A DNA stretch of 64,000 nucleotides, from the NCBI GenBank assembly GCA_002269645.1, contig NIVC01002467.1:107454-171453 (forward strand), given 5' to 3'. The translations under genes and the position numbers were made by a program. Positions 12,550 to 24,785 of the stretch are shown piece by piece (the stretch's first letter is position 1; the number at the start of each line of letters is the position of its first letter). The DNA is from Macrostomum lignano (Eukaryota). A model generated the notes under the pieces. It ran no database searches. It was given only the letters and a program-made list of their open reading frames with translations, and was not told the origin of the DNA.

Positions 12550-14049
12550 ATGAGCACACTATCCGAGGAAATTCAACAAGCTACAAATAGACGGAATTCA
12601 ATTAAACAAAATGACCCAGAACATCAACACCAACTGTCAGAGGAGCAGCAGCAGCGGCAAAGCCCAGTAAAAGCACCCGGTCATACTTCAATCTGCAATT
12701 CAATCAGTCAAGCATACGCACTTCGTCGCGAGTACATAGCGGCTATGCAGAACCCGGTAGCTGGAATGTACCCGCTGCCGTCTAGCCTGTCGCCCTACAC
12801 CTGGTTCGGCCTGCTGTTTGTTCGCAGCGGCCCATACCAGGGTTATATTATTCGGTTCACGTTGCACATTTCCAAAGGATTTCCTGACAGCGCTTGTCCT
12901 GAGGTGCGCAACTTTATCTGTGCTCAATAAATACTACTGAGAGTAGGTTAGATGGAAAGATGATTAGCTGTAAAATATGTTCCAATTTAGCCAGGATTTT
13001 TCATTGGTGGTCCTTTTTTATTCGATGCTCATTGCATTTGATTTAAGGCGACGCTATTTTATTTGAGGTGACGCCATTTCATTTGACGTGACGCCACATT
13101 CATTAGAGGTGAGGCCAATGGCCAAAGCTCCTGCATGTAGGGAGAGGGGCTGCAGCGGGATGTTTTTATGTAGACTTATTAAAGTCTTATTGAGTTTCTT
13201 ATAGTACGATGGAAGGTATTTACATGTAGATACCTCTACAATTTGTTGGTAGCTATAAGCATCGTCAATGAAGACGTCAACGACATGTAGAAGGACGCGC
13301 TTTCACGTAGAGGCCGGTTTTAACTCTCTCCCAAAATTGCATTAGCAAGACAGCCAGTTTTCAGTGTTTGTATCCATAATATAACCTTTGCTTGACTTTC
13401 GAATAAATACATGCATGGGCTGGTGCTGCAGGGGCGGTCCGGAGACACAGCCTACTGCAGGCCCCTGACACCAAGGCATCCCCTGCACCCGCAGGTGTAC
13501 CTGGCCCCGCCCTACGTGTTCCACCCGCTAGTTGACCCCAGCAGCGGTCACGTGGACATCGCTCGTGGCTTCCGCGGCGGCGGCTGGCAACCGCACGGCA
13601 ACCGACTGTGGCACGCGCTGCACTTTCTTCGCCGGATCTTCCTTCGACCAGACGAATTCTGCAGCTCAACAGCGGACGAGAGTTCGAATCCGCAGGCGGC
13701 CGAACTGCTTCTTAACAGCGCGCCAGATTATCGATCGGAATTCCGTCGCCGATTAGCGGACGAACTGTCGGAAAATTTGGCGGCTGGCGGCGAGCCGCCA
13801 CTGCCCGACGATCCGGCAGCTGACTCGATTTGGCGAGCCGCATCGATTTGTGGCGGCGGCGCTCTGGACGGCGCCGAATTGGAGACGGCTCGAGCGCGCC
13901 TCTTCCTATCAGGCAGTGGCGCCGGCGCGTCACTGGCGGATAATAAAGACGCCGCCGACGGAAACGGCAGCCCCGAGCCGGCAGTCAGTCGCGGGCTCAG
14001 CTGGATGAATCGCGATTCGATGCAAATTTTAAGCGGCAGTTTGTTTTAA
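12550..14049 (+). CDS. AKTIP: AKT-interacting protein / FTS / crossbronx, inactive UBC-fold protein, 302 aa. Exons 12550-12903, 13495-14049
   Basis: WFGLLFVRSGPYQG, RFTLHI..FPD..CP, VFHPLVDPSSGHVDI (Asp in place of the E2 catalytic Cys, as in AKTIP) and C-terminal GLSW. GAG|GT donor at 12903 and CAG|GTG acceptor at 13495, both phase 0. Confidence 0.92.
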
Positions 14050-15649
14050 TTTGCAAATTTTCTTAGAATATCTTTGAAGGCTGGCTTCTGGTCGAATTTT
14101 ATTTTGACTTGCCTGTTTTATTGCTTCATTTAAGACAAAACTCCTTAAAATCTTTAATGACTGCATTATTTTGTATTTGGTTCCATTTCTAATCGCCTCA
14201 CTAACCTAAAGCCAGCCTTCAAATATTTGATTGGAAACAAAGAATTCCGTCAATTTTATCTGATTCTTAAAGTCGATCTTGTACTGACAAGTTTGCAAAG
14301 CTTTTAAAAAACATTTTTATATTCTAGTCCTACATGTATAGTGTTAACATTCTAGTCTATATTTATCTTCAGCTTTTCTTTTCCATAAAATTTATTATCT
14401 TTCAATTCTTTTCAAAATTTATACGCCAAATGGACCCACAACACATTTATTTAACCATACATTTTTAATCATTACATTCAAAGGTTTACATTGAACAATA
14501 TAAACAGTTCACAAAGCTATATTGAATATTCTAAAATAGTTCAAATGATTTTTTGCGAACACCTTAACTGCGTACAATTTCTATTATTGACAACAGTAAA
14601 CTGGGATTCATATAACGTGGACTTTAGGCAGATAAATACATGTGTACACTAAGTAGGTTAAAGTGCATTGTGGATTGCTACAAAAAGTTTAAAAAATATG
14701 TGCTGCATTTTTAGACGTACAAATATGAAATAGATGCGAGAGTACTTGTCGTGTGAAAAATACTTAATTGGTAGCCTCTTTAAAGAGTTTTAAAAAAAAT
14801 ATTCATTCTAACTGATCCCAATTTTAGAAAATCTTTTACTTAAAAATAGCCTTTTTCTTGTAGAAAACTATCCATCATTTAAACTAATCCTATTCCAGAA
14901 AACATTGTAACATTATATTCTATAGTAGGAAACATTCATTTAAACGGATCTTCTTCTATGAAATTATCATTCAAGCCGATCTTTTTCTAGAAAACCTTCG
15001 TTCAATCTTATCCTATTCTAGGAAACCATATCATATAAACAGGTCATTTTTTAGGAAAAAGTTTATTATAACAGAATTTATAGAATTCCCTACATTCTTG
15101 CCAAAAACAACTTTAGAAAAGTCACCATTTGTTTATCTGCTTGATTTCGCATCAAATTAAATTCCACAATCGACGCATGACTGTACAGCCCACAATACAA
15201 CATCTACAGTAATAGAAGGTTTATTCTGCTAAAAGCCTAATTAACAGTCTCTTTAAGTTAATTTGAATGGACGCAAAAATACAGACCTGGTTTAAATAAC
15301 AGATATATAGAAACATACATATATCAAGAATTCATAACATGGTTCTTACAATAGCATAATAAAAATGAATAACGCATCAAGAACATTTAAAGTTGTGGAT
15401 TACAAACTTCAGTTACTTGTTGCAGCTAATTTAAACAAAACTTCATGTAACGCGCACGGGAGCTAAAACGTATTAGAACGAAGGTATTTTGTTACAAATC
15501 TAAAATCGATCTGGCTGGAATGCGGCCTGAACCTGCTAGTATACCTGCAGCTGAGTTTAATAGCTTGAATAAACTGGTTAATAAACCCTGATTGATTGGG
15601 CCTGCAATCCACTCTCAGCCCTTACCTATAGCTCGTTTCTCTCTTCAAC

Positions 15650-16095
15650 CCAGCCTCTCCTATCACCAACTCAGCCTCCCTTGTCTCCCTCTCCGCGTCC
15701 CCTGTCTCCCTCTCCGCGTCTCCTGTCTCCCTCTTAGCCTCCCCTGTCTCCCTCTCAGCCTCCCCTGTCTCCCTCTCTGCCTCGCCTGTCTCCCTCTCAG
15801 CCTCCCCTGTCTCCCTCTCAGCCTCCCCTGTCTCCCTCTCAGCCTCCCCTGTCTCCCTCTCAGCCTCCCCTGTCTCCCTCTCAGCCTCCCCTGTCTCCCT
15901 CTTAGCCTCCCCTGTCTCCCTCTCAGCCTCCCCTGTCTCCCTCTCTGCCTCGCATGTCTCCCTCTCAGCCTCCCCTGTCTCCCTCTCAGCCTCCCCTGTC
16001 TCCCTCTCAGCCTCCCCTGTCTCCCTCTCAGCCTCCCCTGTCTCCCTCTCAGCCTCTCCTGTCTCCCTCTCTGCCTCGCCTGTCTCCATCTCTGC
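15650..16095. repeat. Minisatellite, 21-bp unit CTCCCTCTCAGCCTCCCCTGT
   Basis: Tandem array downstream of the GPCR stop codon. Confidence 0.93.
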
Positions 16096-16286
16096 CCACT
16101 TTCCCTCTCCCTTCCTTTGTTTCTTTAATTTTTTCTCGAAACTCGTAACAACTCAAAACTTATTTGTATCCTCTTAGAAAGCACAACTGTTGTTTGTTCT
16201 ATTTTCTAAGAAAATATCCCCTATGATAAATAAATAGCATTATTGACTTGTCGAATGTGGCTATTAACACAGCAATCACTCGGTGC

Positions 16287-19200
16287 TCAGTGCTGCACTT
16301 TCATCTGCACCATCTCCAGTTTCACGCCGGTTTCGCATTTCACTAATCCGTTGTCCTCCCTGTCCGGGCTGTTAGCATCCGTTGCCATGGTAGCGGGGGC
16401 CGCTAGTAGCCGAGCCTCAGCAGCCGGAGCCTCATCGGCCGAATCTTCCTCATGAATGCAAACTTTACCCTGGCGAATGGACTGTCGATGATTTGCTTCT
16501 AGGAGAGGCCTGCGCTGCCGTTGCTGGTTCGCAAAATTTTGAGGCACCGTCGGCTGTCGGTTGCCGTTGGCCTGACTTCTGCTGCAGCATTGGCTGGAAT
16601 TCAGCAACAACCGTCAGTGAAGTTTGGTTTTCTTCCCTCTCCGTCTCTCCCTCTCCGCCTCTCCGTCTCTCCCTCTCCGTCTCTCCCTCTCCGCCTCTCC
16701 GTCTCTCCCTCTCCGTCTCTCCCTCTCCGCCTCTCCGTCTCTCCCTCTCCGTCTCTCCCTCTCCGCCTCTCCGTCTCTCCCTCTCCGTCTCTCCCTCTCC
16801 GTCTCTCCCTCTCCGTCTCTCCCTCTCCGCCTCTCCGTCTCTCCCTCTCCATGTCTCCCTCTCCATCTCTACATCTCTGTCTCTCCTTCTCCGTCTCTCT
16901 CTACATCTACATCTCTACATCTCCGTCTCTGTCCCTCTCCGTGTCTCCCTCTCAATCTCTACATCTCCGTCTCTGTCCCTCTCCGTGTCTCCCTCTCAAT
17001 CTCTACATCTCCGTCTGTCCCTTTCCGTCTCCCCTACCCGTCTCTGCCCTCTCCGTCTCTCATCTCCGTCTCTCCCTCTCTGTCTCCCCTCTCCGTCTCT
17101 ACCTCTGAATCTCTCCCTCTCCGTCCCTTCCTCTCCGTCTCTCCCCCCTGTCCTTCGCCTCTCCTTCTCCGTACTCACTTATAATTGAAGATGAAAAAAA
17201 TGATTGGATTGGCTGCTGAATTCAGTGTGCCGAGCGTCTGCAATTGATTAATTTATTAAAGCGCGCTTGCCTCAGATTGTACCGGGACAAAAAAGCAAAT
17301 CATGTCAATTGAATATATTAACACTGCACACAATGTTTACCTGAATCAGCGCCTTTGAGTAGATCGACAATCGGGCCACGTGATAGATGTCGAGAAAATT
17401 ACCAACAGTATATGGTAGCCAGCATAGGATGAATACTGAAACAGAATTTCGATTCCTTGTATACCCGTATATTGGTAATTATCTGATCGTTAACCTCAGC
17501 CAACAGACAAATAGGCGCAATAATGATAACAGTAATAATGATAATAATAATAATAAATAGTAATAATTTTTGTAGTGTAATACTAATAATGATAATAACT
17601 ATTCTAATTAACAAACTACAAGTAATAGTTGTGTCGCCACTTTCTTATAGTCATCATCTAATCTAATCTATTCAGTTGATATGCCCTCGTCTCCGCTACC
17701 TTTGTTTTCTCTCCCTCACTGTCCAGTACAGTTTATATATATATATCTCTCTCGCTGCCTTCTGATTGGCTCTTGAACCTCGGCTCGTCCCTTAGCCACG
17801 CACTCCACCCCTCCTTTTCTTATCTGCACTGAACCCCCCCCTCTTCAACCTCACCTTTTCCCTCAGCCACGCACTCCACCCCTCCTTTTCCTATCTGCAC
17901 TGAACCCCCCCCTCTTCAACTCCCCCCCTCTTCAACTCCCCCCCTCTTCAACCTCACCTTTTCCCTCAGCCACGCACTCCACCCCTCCTTTTCCTATCTG
18001 CACTGAACCCCCCCCCTCTTCAACCTCACCTTTTCCCTCAGCCACGCACTCCACCCCTCCTTTTCCTATCTGCACTGAACCCCCCCCTCTTCAACTCCCC
18101 CCCTCTTCAACCTCACCTTTTCCCTCAGCCACGCACTCCACCCCTCCTTTTCCTATCTGCACTGAACCCCCCCTCTTCAACTCCCCCCCTCTTCAACCTC
18201 ACCTTTTCCCTCAGCCACGCACTCCACCCCTCCTTTTCCTATCTGCACTGAACCCCCCCCCTCTTCAACTCCCCCCCTCTTCAACCTCACCTTTTCCCTC
18301 AGCCACGCACTCCACCCCTCCTTTTCCTATCTGCACTGAACCCCCCCCCTCTTCAACCTCACCTTTTCCCTCAGCCACGCACTCCACCCCTCCTTTTCCT
18401 ATCTGCACTGAACCCCCCCCCTCTTCAACCCCCCCTCTTCAACCCCCCCCTCTTCAACCTCACCTTTTCCCTCAGCCACGCACTCCACCCCTCCTTTTCC
18501 TATCTGCACTGAACCCCCCCCCTCTTCAACCTCACCTTTTCCCTCAGCCACGCACTCCACCCCTCCTTTTCTTATCTGCACTGAACCCCCTCCAATCTCA
18601 CCTCTTCCCTCAGCCGCGCACTCCACTGCACCCCTCCTTTTCTTATCTGCATTGAAACCGCCAAATTGAATGCTTCTTATACTCGTAAATAGACTCGTTT
18701 GGGCCCTGCGGTCTATTTTCAATTGACATTAATCTAAAATTCTAAAATTCTAAATAGTCAATTCAGTCACTCATTAGGTGTTTTATTCTCAACTTTCCTA
18801 CGGGTTATGTTATATTTTATTAGATAGATATATATATCTATCTAAGTTTTGACTCACCCGACACAATAGTACAGGTCACTTTCACAGTCTTAATCTTAGC
18901 CCTAGTAATGGTGTTTCGATTTGAAACCGAGCTACGATTTAAACTCTTCCGACAGCGCTCCGAACCGCCGCCGGCCGCGCCCGAACCGTCCGGCATCTTT
19001 GGTCCGCGTCCGCTTCGAAATATGATGACTATCAGGACGATATGGCACACGGCCACCATGGTTACTGGGATTATTATTATTGTAACCAGGTTAGCCGTCA
19101 CGAAGATCTGGAGTGAGCAAGTACATTTGGTGCGCTTGTGTGGGCTTCTGTGCGTTCTTATAATATCCTTCATCATGTTTTCACTACTTCCAGGTGTTTC

Positions 19201-22200
19201 TGTGTCTCCACTACTTTCCAGGTGTTTCTGTGTCTCCACTACTTTCCAGGTGTTTCTGTGTCTCCACTACTTTCCAGGTGTTTCTGTGTCTCCACTACTT
19301 TCCAGGTGTTTCTGTGTCTCCCCTACTTTCCAGGTGTTTCTGTGTCGCCACTACTTTCCAGGTGTTTCTGTGTCGCCACTACTTTCCAGGTGTTTCTGTG
19401 TCGCCACTACTTTCCAGGTGTTTCTGTGTCTCCACTACTTCCAGGTGTTTCTGTGTCTCCACCTCTTTAATATGTTCTAAACCTTCAATAATTCGATTTC
19501 CTTCTCAAAGGCTCACCTGCCAGAAGTTCTGCTTCTCCTCTCTAGTGGTGTTCATGCCGCTGCCGTACCGAATCGAGCACTGTCTGCCAAAGGTGTTGTG
19601 TCGACGCACGTTGGTCCACAGTAGCACCGGAGAGCTGTACACAGCGCTCAGGATCCAGCTTCCAGCGATGAGGCAAGCTGTCTGGCACTCTGCGAAAGCA
19701 AGTCATTTATGATTATAAGATATTTAAGATTCTAAAATCTAAATTTTATGGCGCCACTCGCAGTAGAAGCTTTGGCGCCCCCTAGCAGTAGCTTTGGCGC
19801 CCCTCTAGCAGTAGCTTTAGCGCCCCGTTGCAGTAGCTTTGGCGCCCTCCTATCAGTAGCTTTGGCGCCCCCCTAGTAGTAGCTTTGGCGCCCTCCTATC
19901 AGTAGCTTTGGCGCCCCCTAGTAGTAGCTTTGGCACTCCCTAGCAGTAGGTTTGGCGCCCTCCTAGCAGAGGCTTGGCGCTCCGTTGCAGAGGCTTGGCG
20001 CCCCGTTGCAGAGGCCTGGCGCCCCGTTGTAGAGGCTTGGTGCCCCGTTGCAGAGGCTTGGCGCCCCGTTGCAGAGGCTTGGCGCCCCCCTAGCAGTAGC
20101 TTTGGCTTCCCCCCTAGCAGTAGCTTTGGCGCCCTCCTAGCAGTAGCTTTGGCACCCCCTAGCAGTAGCTTGGGCACCCCCTAGCAGTAGCTTTGGCACC
20201 CCCTAGCAGTAGCTGTGGCACCCCCTAGCAGTAGCTTGGGCACCCCCTAGCAGTAGCTTTGGCGCCCTCCTAGCAGAAGCTTGGCGCCCCGTTGCAGAGG
20301 CTTGGCGCCCCTTTGCAGAGGCTTGGCGCCCCTTTGCAGAGGTTTGGCGCCCCGTTGCAGAGGCTTGGCGCCCCCCTAGCAGTAGCTTTGGCGCCCTCCT
20401 AGCAGTAGCTTTGGCGCCCTCCTAGCAGTAGCTTTGGCTCCCCCTAGCAGTAGCTTTGGCACCCCCTAGCAGTAGCTTTGGCACCCCCTAGCAGTAGCTG
20501 TGGCACCCCCTAGCAGTAGCTTGGGCACCCTCCTAGCAGTAGCTTTGGCACTCCCTAGCAGTAGCTTGGGCACCCCCTAGCAGTAGCTTGGGCACCCTCC
20601 TAGCAGTAGCTTTGGCACTCCCTAGCAGTAGCTTGGGCACCCCCTAGCAGTAGCTTTGGCGCCCTCCTAGCAGAGGCTTGGCGCCCCGTTGCAGAGGCTT
20701 GGCGCCCCTTTGCAGAGGCTTGGCGCCCCTTTGCAGAGGTTTGGCGCCCCGTTGCAGAGGCTTGGCGCCCCCCTAGCAGTAGCTTTGGCGCCCCCCTAGC
20801 AGTAGCTTTGGCGCCCCCTAGCAGTAGCTTTGGCGCCCCCCTAGCAGAGGCTTGGCGCCCCGTTGCAGAGGCTTGGCGCCCCTTTGCAGAGGCTTGGCGC
20901 CCCTTTGCAGAGGTTTGGCGCCCCGTTGCAGAGGCTTGGCGCCCCCCTAGCAGTAGCTTTGGCGCCCCCCTAGCAGTAGCTTTGGCGCCCCCTAGCAGTA
21001 GCTTTGGCGCCCCCCTAGCAGTAGCTTTGGCGCCCCCTAGCAGTAGCTTTGGCGCCCCCGTAGCAGTAGCTTTGGCGCCCCCTTCCATATGACACTTTAA
21101 TAATATGAAAATAAATGAGTACGGGAATTCTCATTATGAGCCTGCATTATGGGGGCGTCAAATATAAAAGGATTAAGTGCGGGATATGGCTTAGTCAAAA
21201 GGTCCAATCTTATATTTACCACGTTTTTGCGCAATAAAATACGCAAATATTTGCCAGACTTGGCGTGTCCATCAAATAATTATGTTATTTTTTAGTAGCT
21301 GGGGCCCAACTTCCCAAAACGAAATGCCAACTTTGTACAAATTCCTTTCAAGATGCCTTAATAAAGTACAGAGTGCAAGTGGGGGTAACTTGAAATCTGC
21401 ACAGTATATACGCCAAGATTTGATGGCTGGTTATAACCTACCTTACGGTCCAATGGCAGGCTTGACTGATTGACTGTTGCCATATCTGAACCCTTATTGC
21501 AGCTTTATTTGTACTTCTACTAATAATGTAGTTTATAATAGTATTAGTATTGGTTTTATTTAAAGTAGTGCAGTTGCTGATTCGAGGTGCCCTCTTTGTA
21601 TAAGAAGCTCTGAAGGAAAGAAAAGTGATTGAAGATTAGCGAGGCCTGCCTATACGATAACACGATGTATAATAAAGGATTTTTGGCAGCTGCGAGTATA
21701 AATGCAAGATCAGTGGAGCAAAGGGCGCGCGAAATCTGAAACCCAGTCTTTGCGTAGTTTACAAGAACGCTTCTAACTAAGGACTTACATAGGCTGTACG
21801 AGCTATAAAATGAAAAATAGGGCGGGCCGGCCTGATTGATGGATTGGGATGACCATTTTCTCCGCCAGCTCTGCGGGTCCTTTACTCAACAGACGCCATT
21901 TTTAGGGGGTTAGTGACTGCGCTCGTAAAATTTTGTGTTGATCATGGTTTAAGCTTAAACATATTTCGGTCCTGTGATGTTTCGGTCCTGTGACAAATTC
22001 GGTCCTGTGATACTTCGGTCCTGTGATGTTTCGGTCCTGTGATGTTCGGTCCTGTGATGAATTCGATCCTGTGATGTTTCGGTCCTGTGATGCTTCGGTC
22101 CTGTGATGTTTCGGTCCTGTGATGAATTCGATCCTGTGATGTTTCGGTCCTGTGATGTTTCGGTCCTGTGATGTTTCGGTCCTGTGATGAATTCGATCCT

Positions 22201-24714
22201 GTGATGTTTCGGTCCTGTGATGAATTCGATCCTGTGATGTTTCGGTCCTGTGATGAATTCGATCCTGTGATGTTTCGGTCCTGTGATGAATTCGATCCTG
22301 TGATGTTTCGGTCCTGTGATGAATTCGATCCTGTGATATTTCGGTCCTGTGATGAATTCGATCCTGTGATGAATTCGATCCTGTGATGTTTCGGTCCTGT
22401 GACAAATTCGGTCCTGTGATGCTTCGGTCCTGTGATGTTTCGGTCCTGTGATGAATTCGATCCTGTGATATTTCGGTCCTGTGATGTTTCGGTCCTGTGA
22501 TTAATTCGATCCTGTGATGAATTCGATCCTGTGATGTTTCGGTCCTGTGACAAATTCGGTCCTGTGATGCTTCGGTCCTGTGATGTTTCGGTCCTGTGAT
22601 GAATTCGATCCTGTGATATTTCGGTCCTGTGATGTTTCGGTCCTGTGATTAATTCGATCCTGTGATGAATTCGATCCTGTGATGTTTCGGTCCTGTGACA
22701 AATTCGGTCCTGTGATGCTTCGGTCCTGTGATGTTCGGTCCTGAGATGTTTCGGTCTTATGATCAACCTATAATCAAGCTTCTACACAAAGCTGTGTTGA
22801 GTTGTGCGTATCTATTGTCAGATAGAGAGTACAAATGTACATTGGTGGAGAGAAAATTGTGCTAGTGAAGTGGTTTGCACGTACGTTGAGGTAACGTAGA
22901 TTTTAGTGGGCGGGTGGGAGCTGAGGTCAGAAAATTGTGGGGTTGGGCTGAGAGAGAGAGAAGAAAATCGACCCTCACTCTCTACACTGGCTGGTTGACG
23001 CAATCTGTTGCATGTACATTAGCCGGGGCTAATGTACATTAAGGGGGGAGGGAACAGAAAATCGATTAGATAACGGAAATAACAGCAGAGGAGCTGAAAA
23101 ACTACAAAACACAGCTGAAAAGGCAAGATCAGGACGAGAGAAGATCGAGACAAAAGTTGCCTTATTGTTAATAATTCTTGTAGGTATAATGTAATACGAT
23201 ACTTAGATGCAGGTGCAGGCGGTGCTGTCTTTTTTAGTCAACCAGTTTCTAATTAGGTTGACGCTACAAAACTCAAGGATTCCTTCCTCTTCTCCCTCCG
23301 TCAGGTTCTACTGGTCTGGGGGGAAGCATTTTCATGCTCTACCAGCTCTACCAGAGTCAGTTACGCTCGTAGTTCAATGCAATGCGCCCCGGGCTTCCGC
23401 TAGCAACTATAACTGCCAAAAATATAATATTATGCAAGAGTCTCGCTCATATGTCTGGTGTGTCGCTTCGCATCTCTATAGCGGGCTCCCTTATTCCCAG
23501 AATAATTCCAACTCAATCAGACTGCACTGAAACGGGATTTATGAGATCTGAGTGGGGGTGGTGGTTGCAGTAGAGGATTTGGGGTTAGGTGGGGAGAGAG
23601 ACTGAAGAAAAATAATCGGAATATACTAGCTAGAGGCAACTGCGCGTCATGGTGGATACTCAGTATTCCTGCTTCTCCTAGCCTGTAACGGCGGCAGTGT
23701 GTATCGATGTAGCAATTTAAACTACTCACATTGCGGGACAATAAGTCTAGCCAATCGATTAGACAGACAGACAGATGTAGGCAAATACACACATAATCAA
23801 ATTATACCACCTAACAGGCAATGGATATAATGCATTTATGATCCACCTCTAGCAAACAGCAATATATGTATAATAGCTAGAATTGCTTATCTATCATATT
23901 AATAAAATTGCAGGAGGCTGTGGGTAACCGACATCATCTCACAGCACCAAGCGCGCCAATACTGTATGCAGGCATGTACTCATACACACGCTCATACGGC
24001 ATGTACACTCACTGTGCCTTGGGGGTGCGAATCGCACCTATCAGCCAATTTTAATCTGCTAATGTTAGTTCTGCCTACAAACTACCTACAAGATGCCTAT
24101 GTAATCTGCCATCTTCGCTGAGATCACAGAATAAAAAGTAGTCGATGAAGCTAATTAAGAAAATTGCCTTTAATTCGTCCGAAATCGCTTCGAGTGGCAA
24201 TTAGCGGACACAGGAAATTACTGGGACACAAGGAAGCTACTGATATCTGAGTCTGTGGGCCCGTGTCTGCCATCGACCCCATATTACCTCCTCTGTATCG
24301 AAATTCAGAAAGCAAAAAGCAATTATAATTATACGCATGGCAGCGCAAAATTGCAAAAAATGTTTTCTCATTTTAAAAGCAAGCAATATGTGGGCGCGAT
24401 TAATACACCTGGATATTAAGGCTGCAGGTAATCCGCTTCAGGCTACAGGCATAAAAAGCCCTTGACCAGCTGTCATAAAAACGATACAATTAAAAAGCTT
24501 CTAGATAACCCAACAACCTGATCCCCATGCGAGGCTGTGAGAGGTCTCAATCAACTGCCATATTTGTTAATATTAAAAATTGAAATGATTGCCTTGGGAA
24601 GCCATTAAAGCACTGTCGACTGAAGCCCTTGCTGTGCCACGTATATCCATAATTGTTCAGAGGGGTTATTTTAAGCCGTATAGTTAGACTGTTATTACTG
24701 TTTAACCCAGCGTA

Positions 24715-24785
<71 letters not shown>
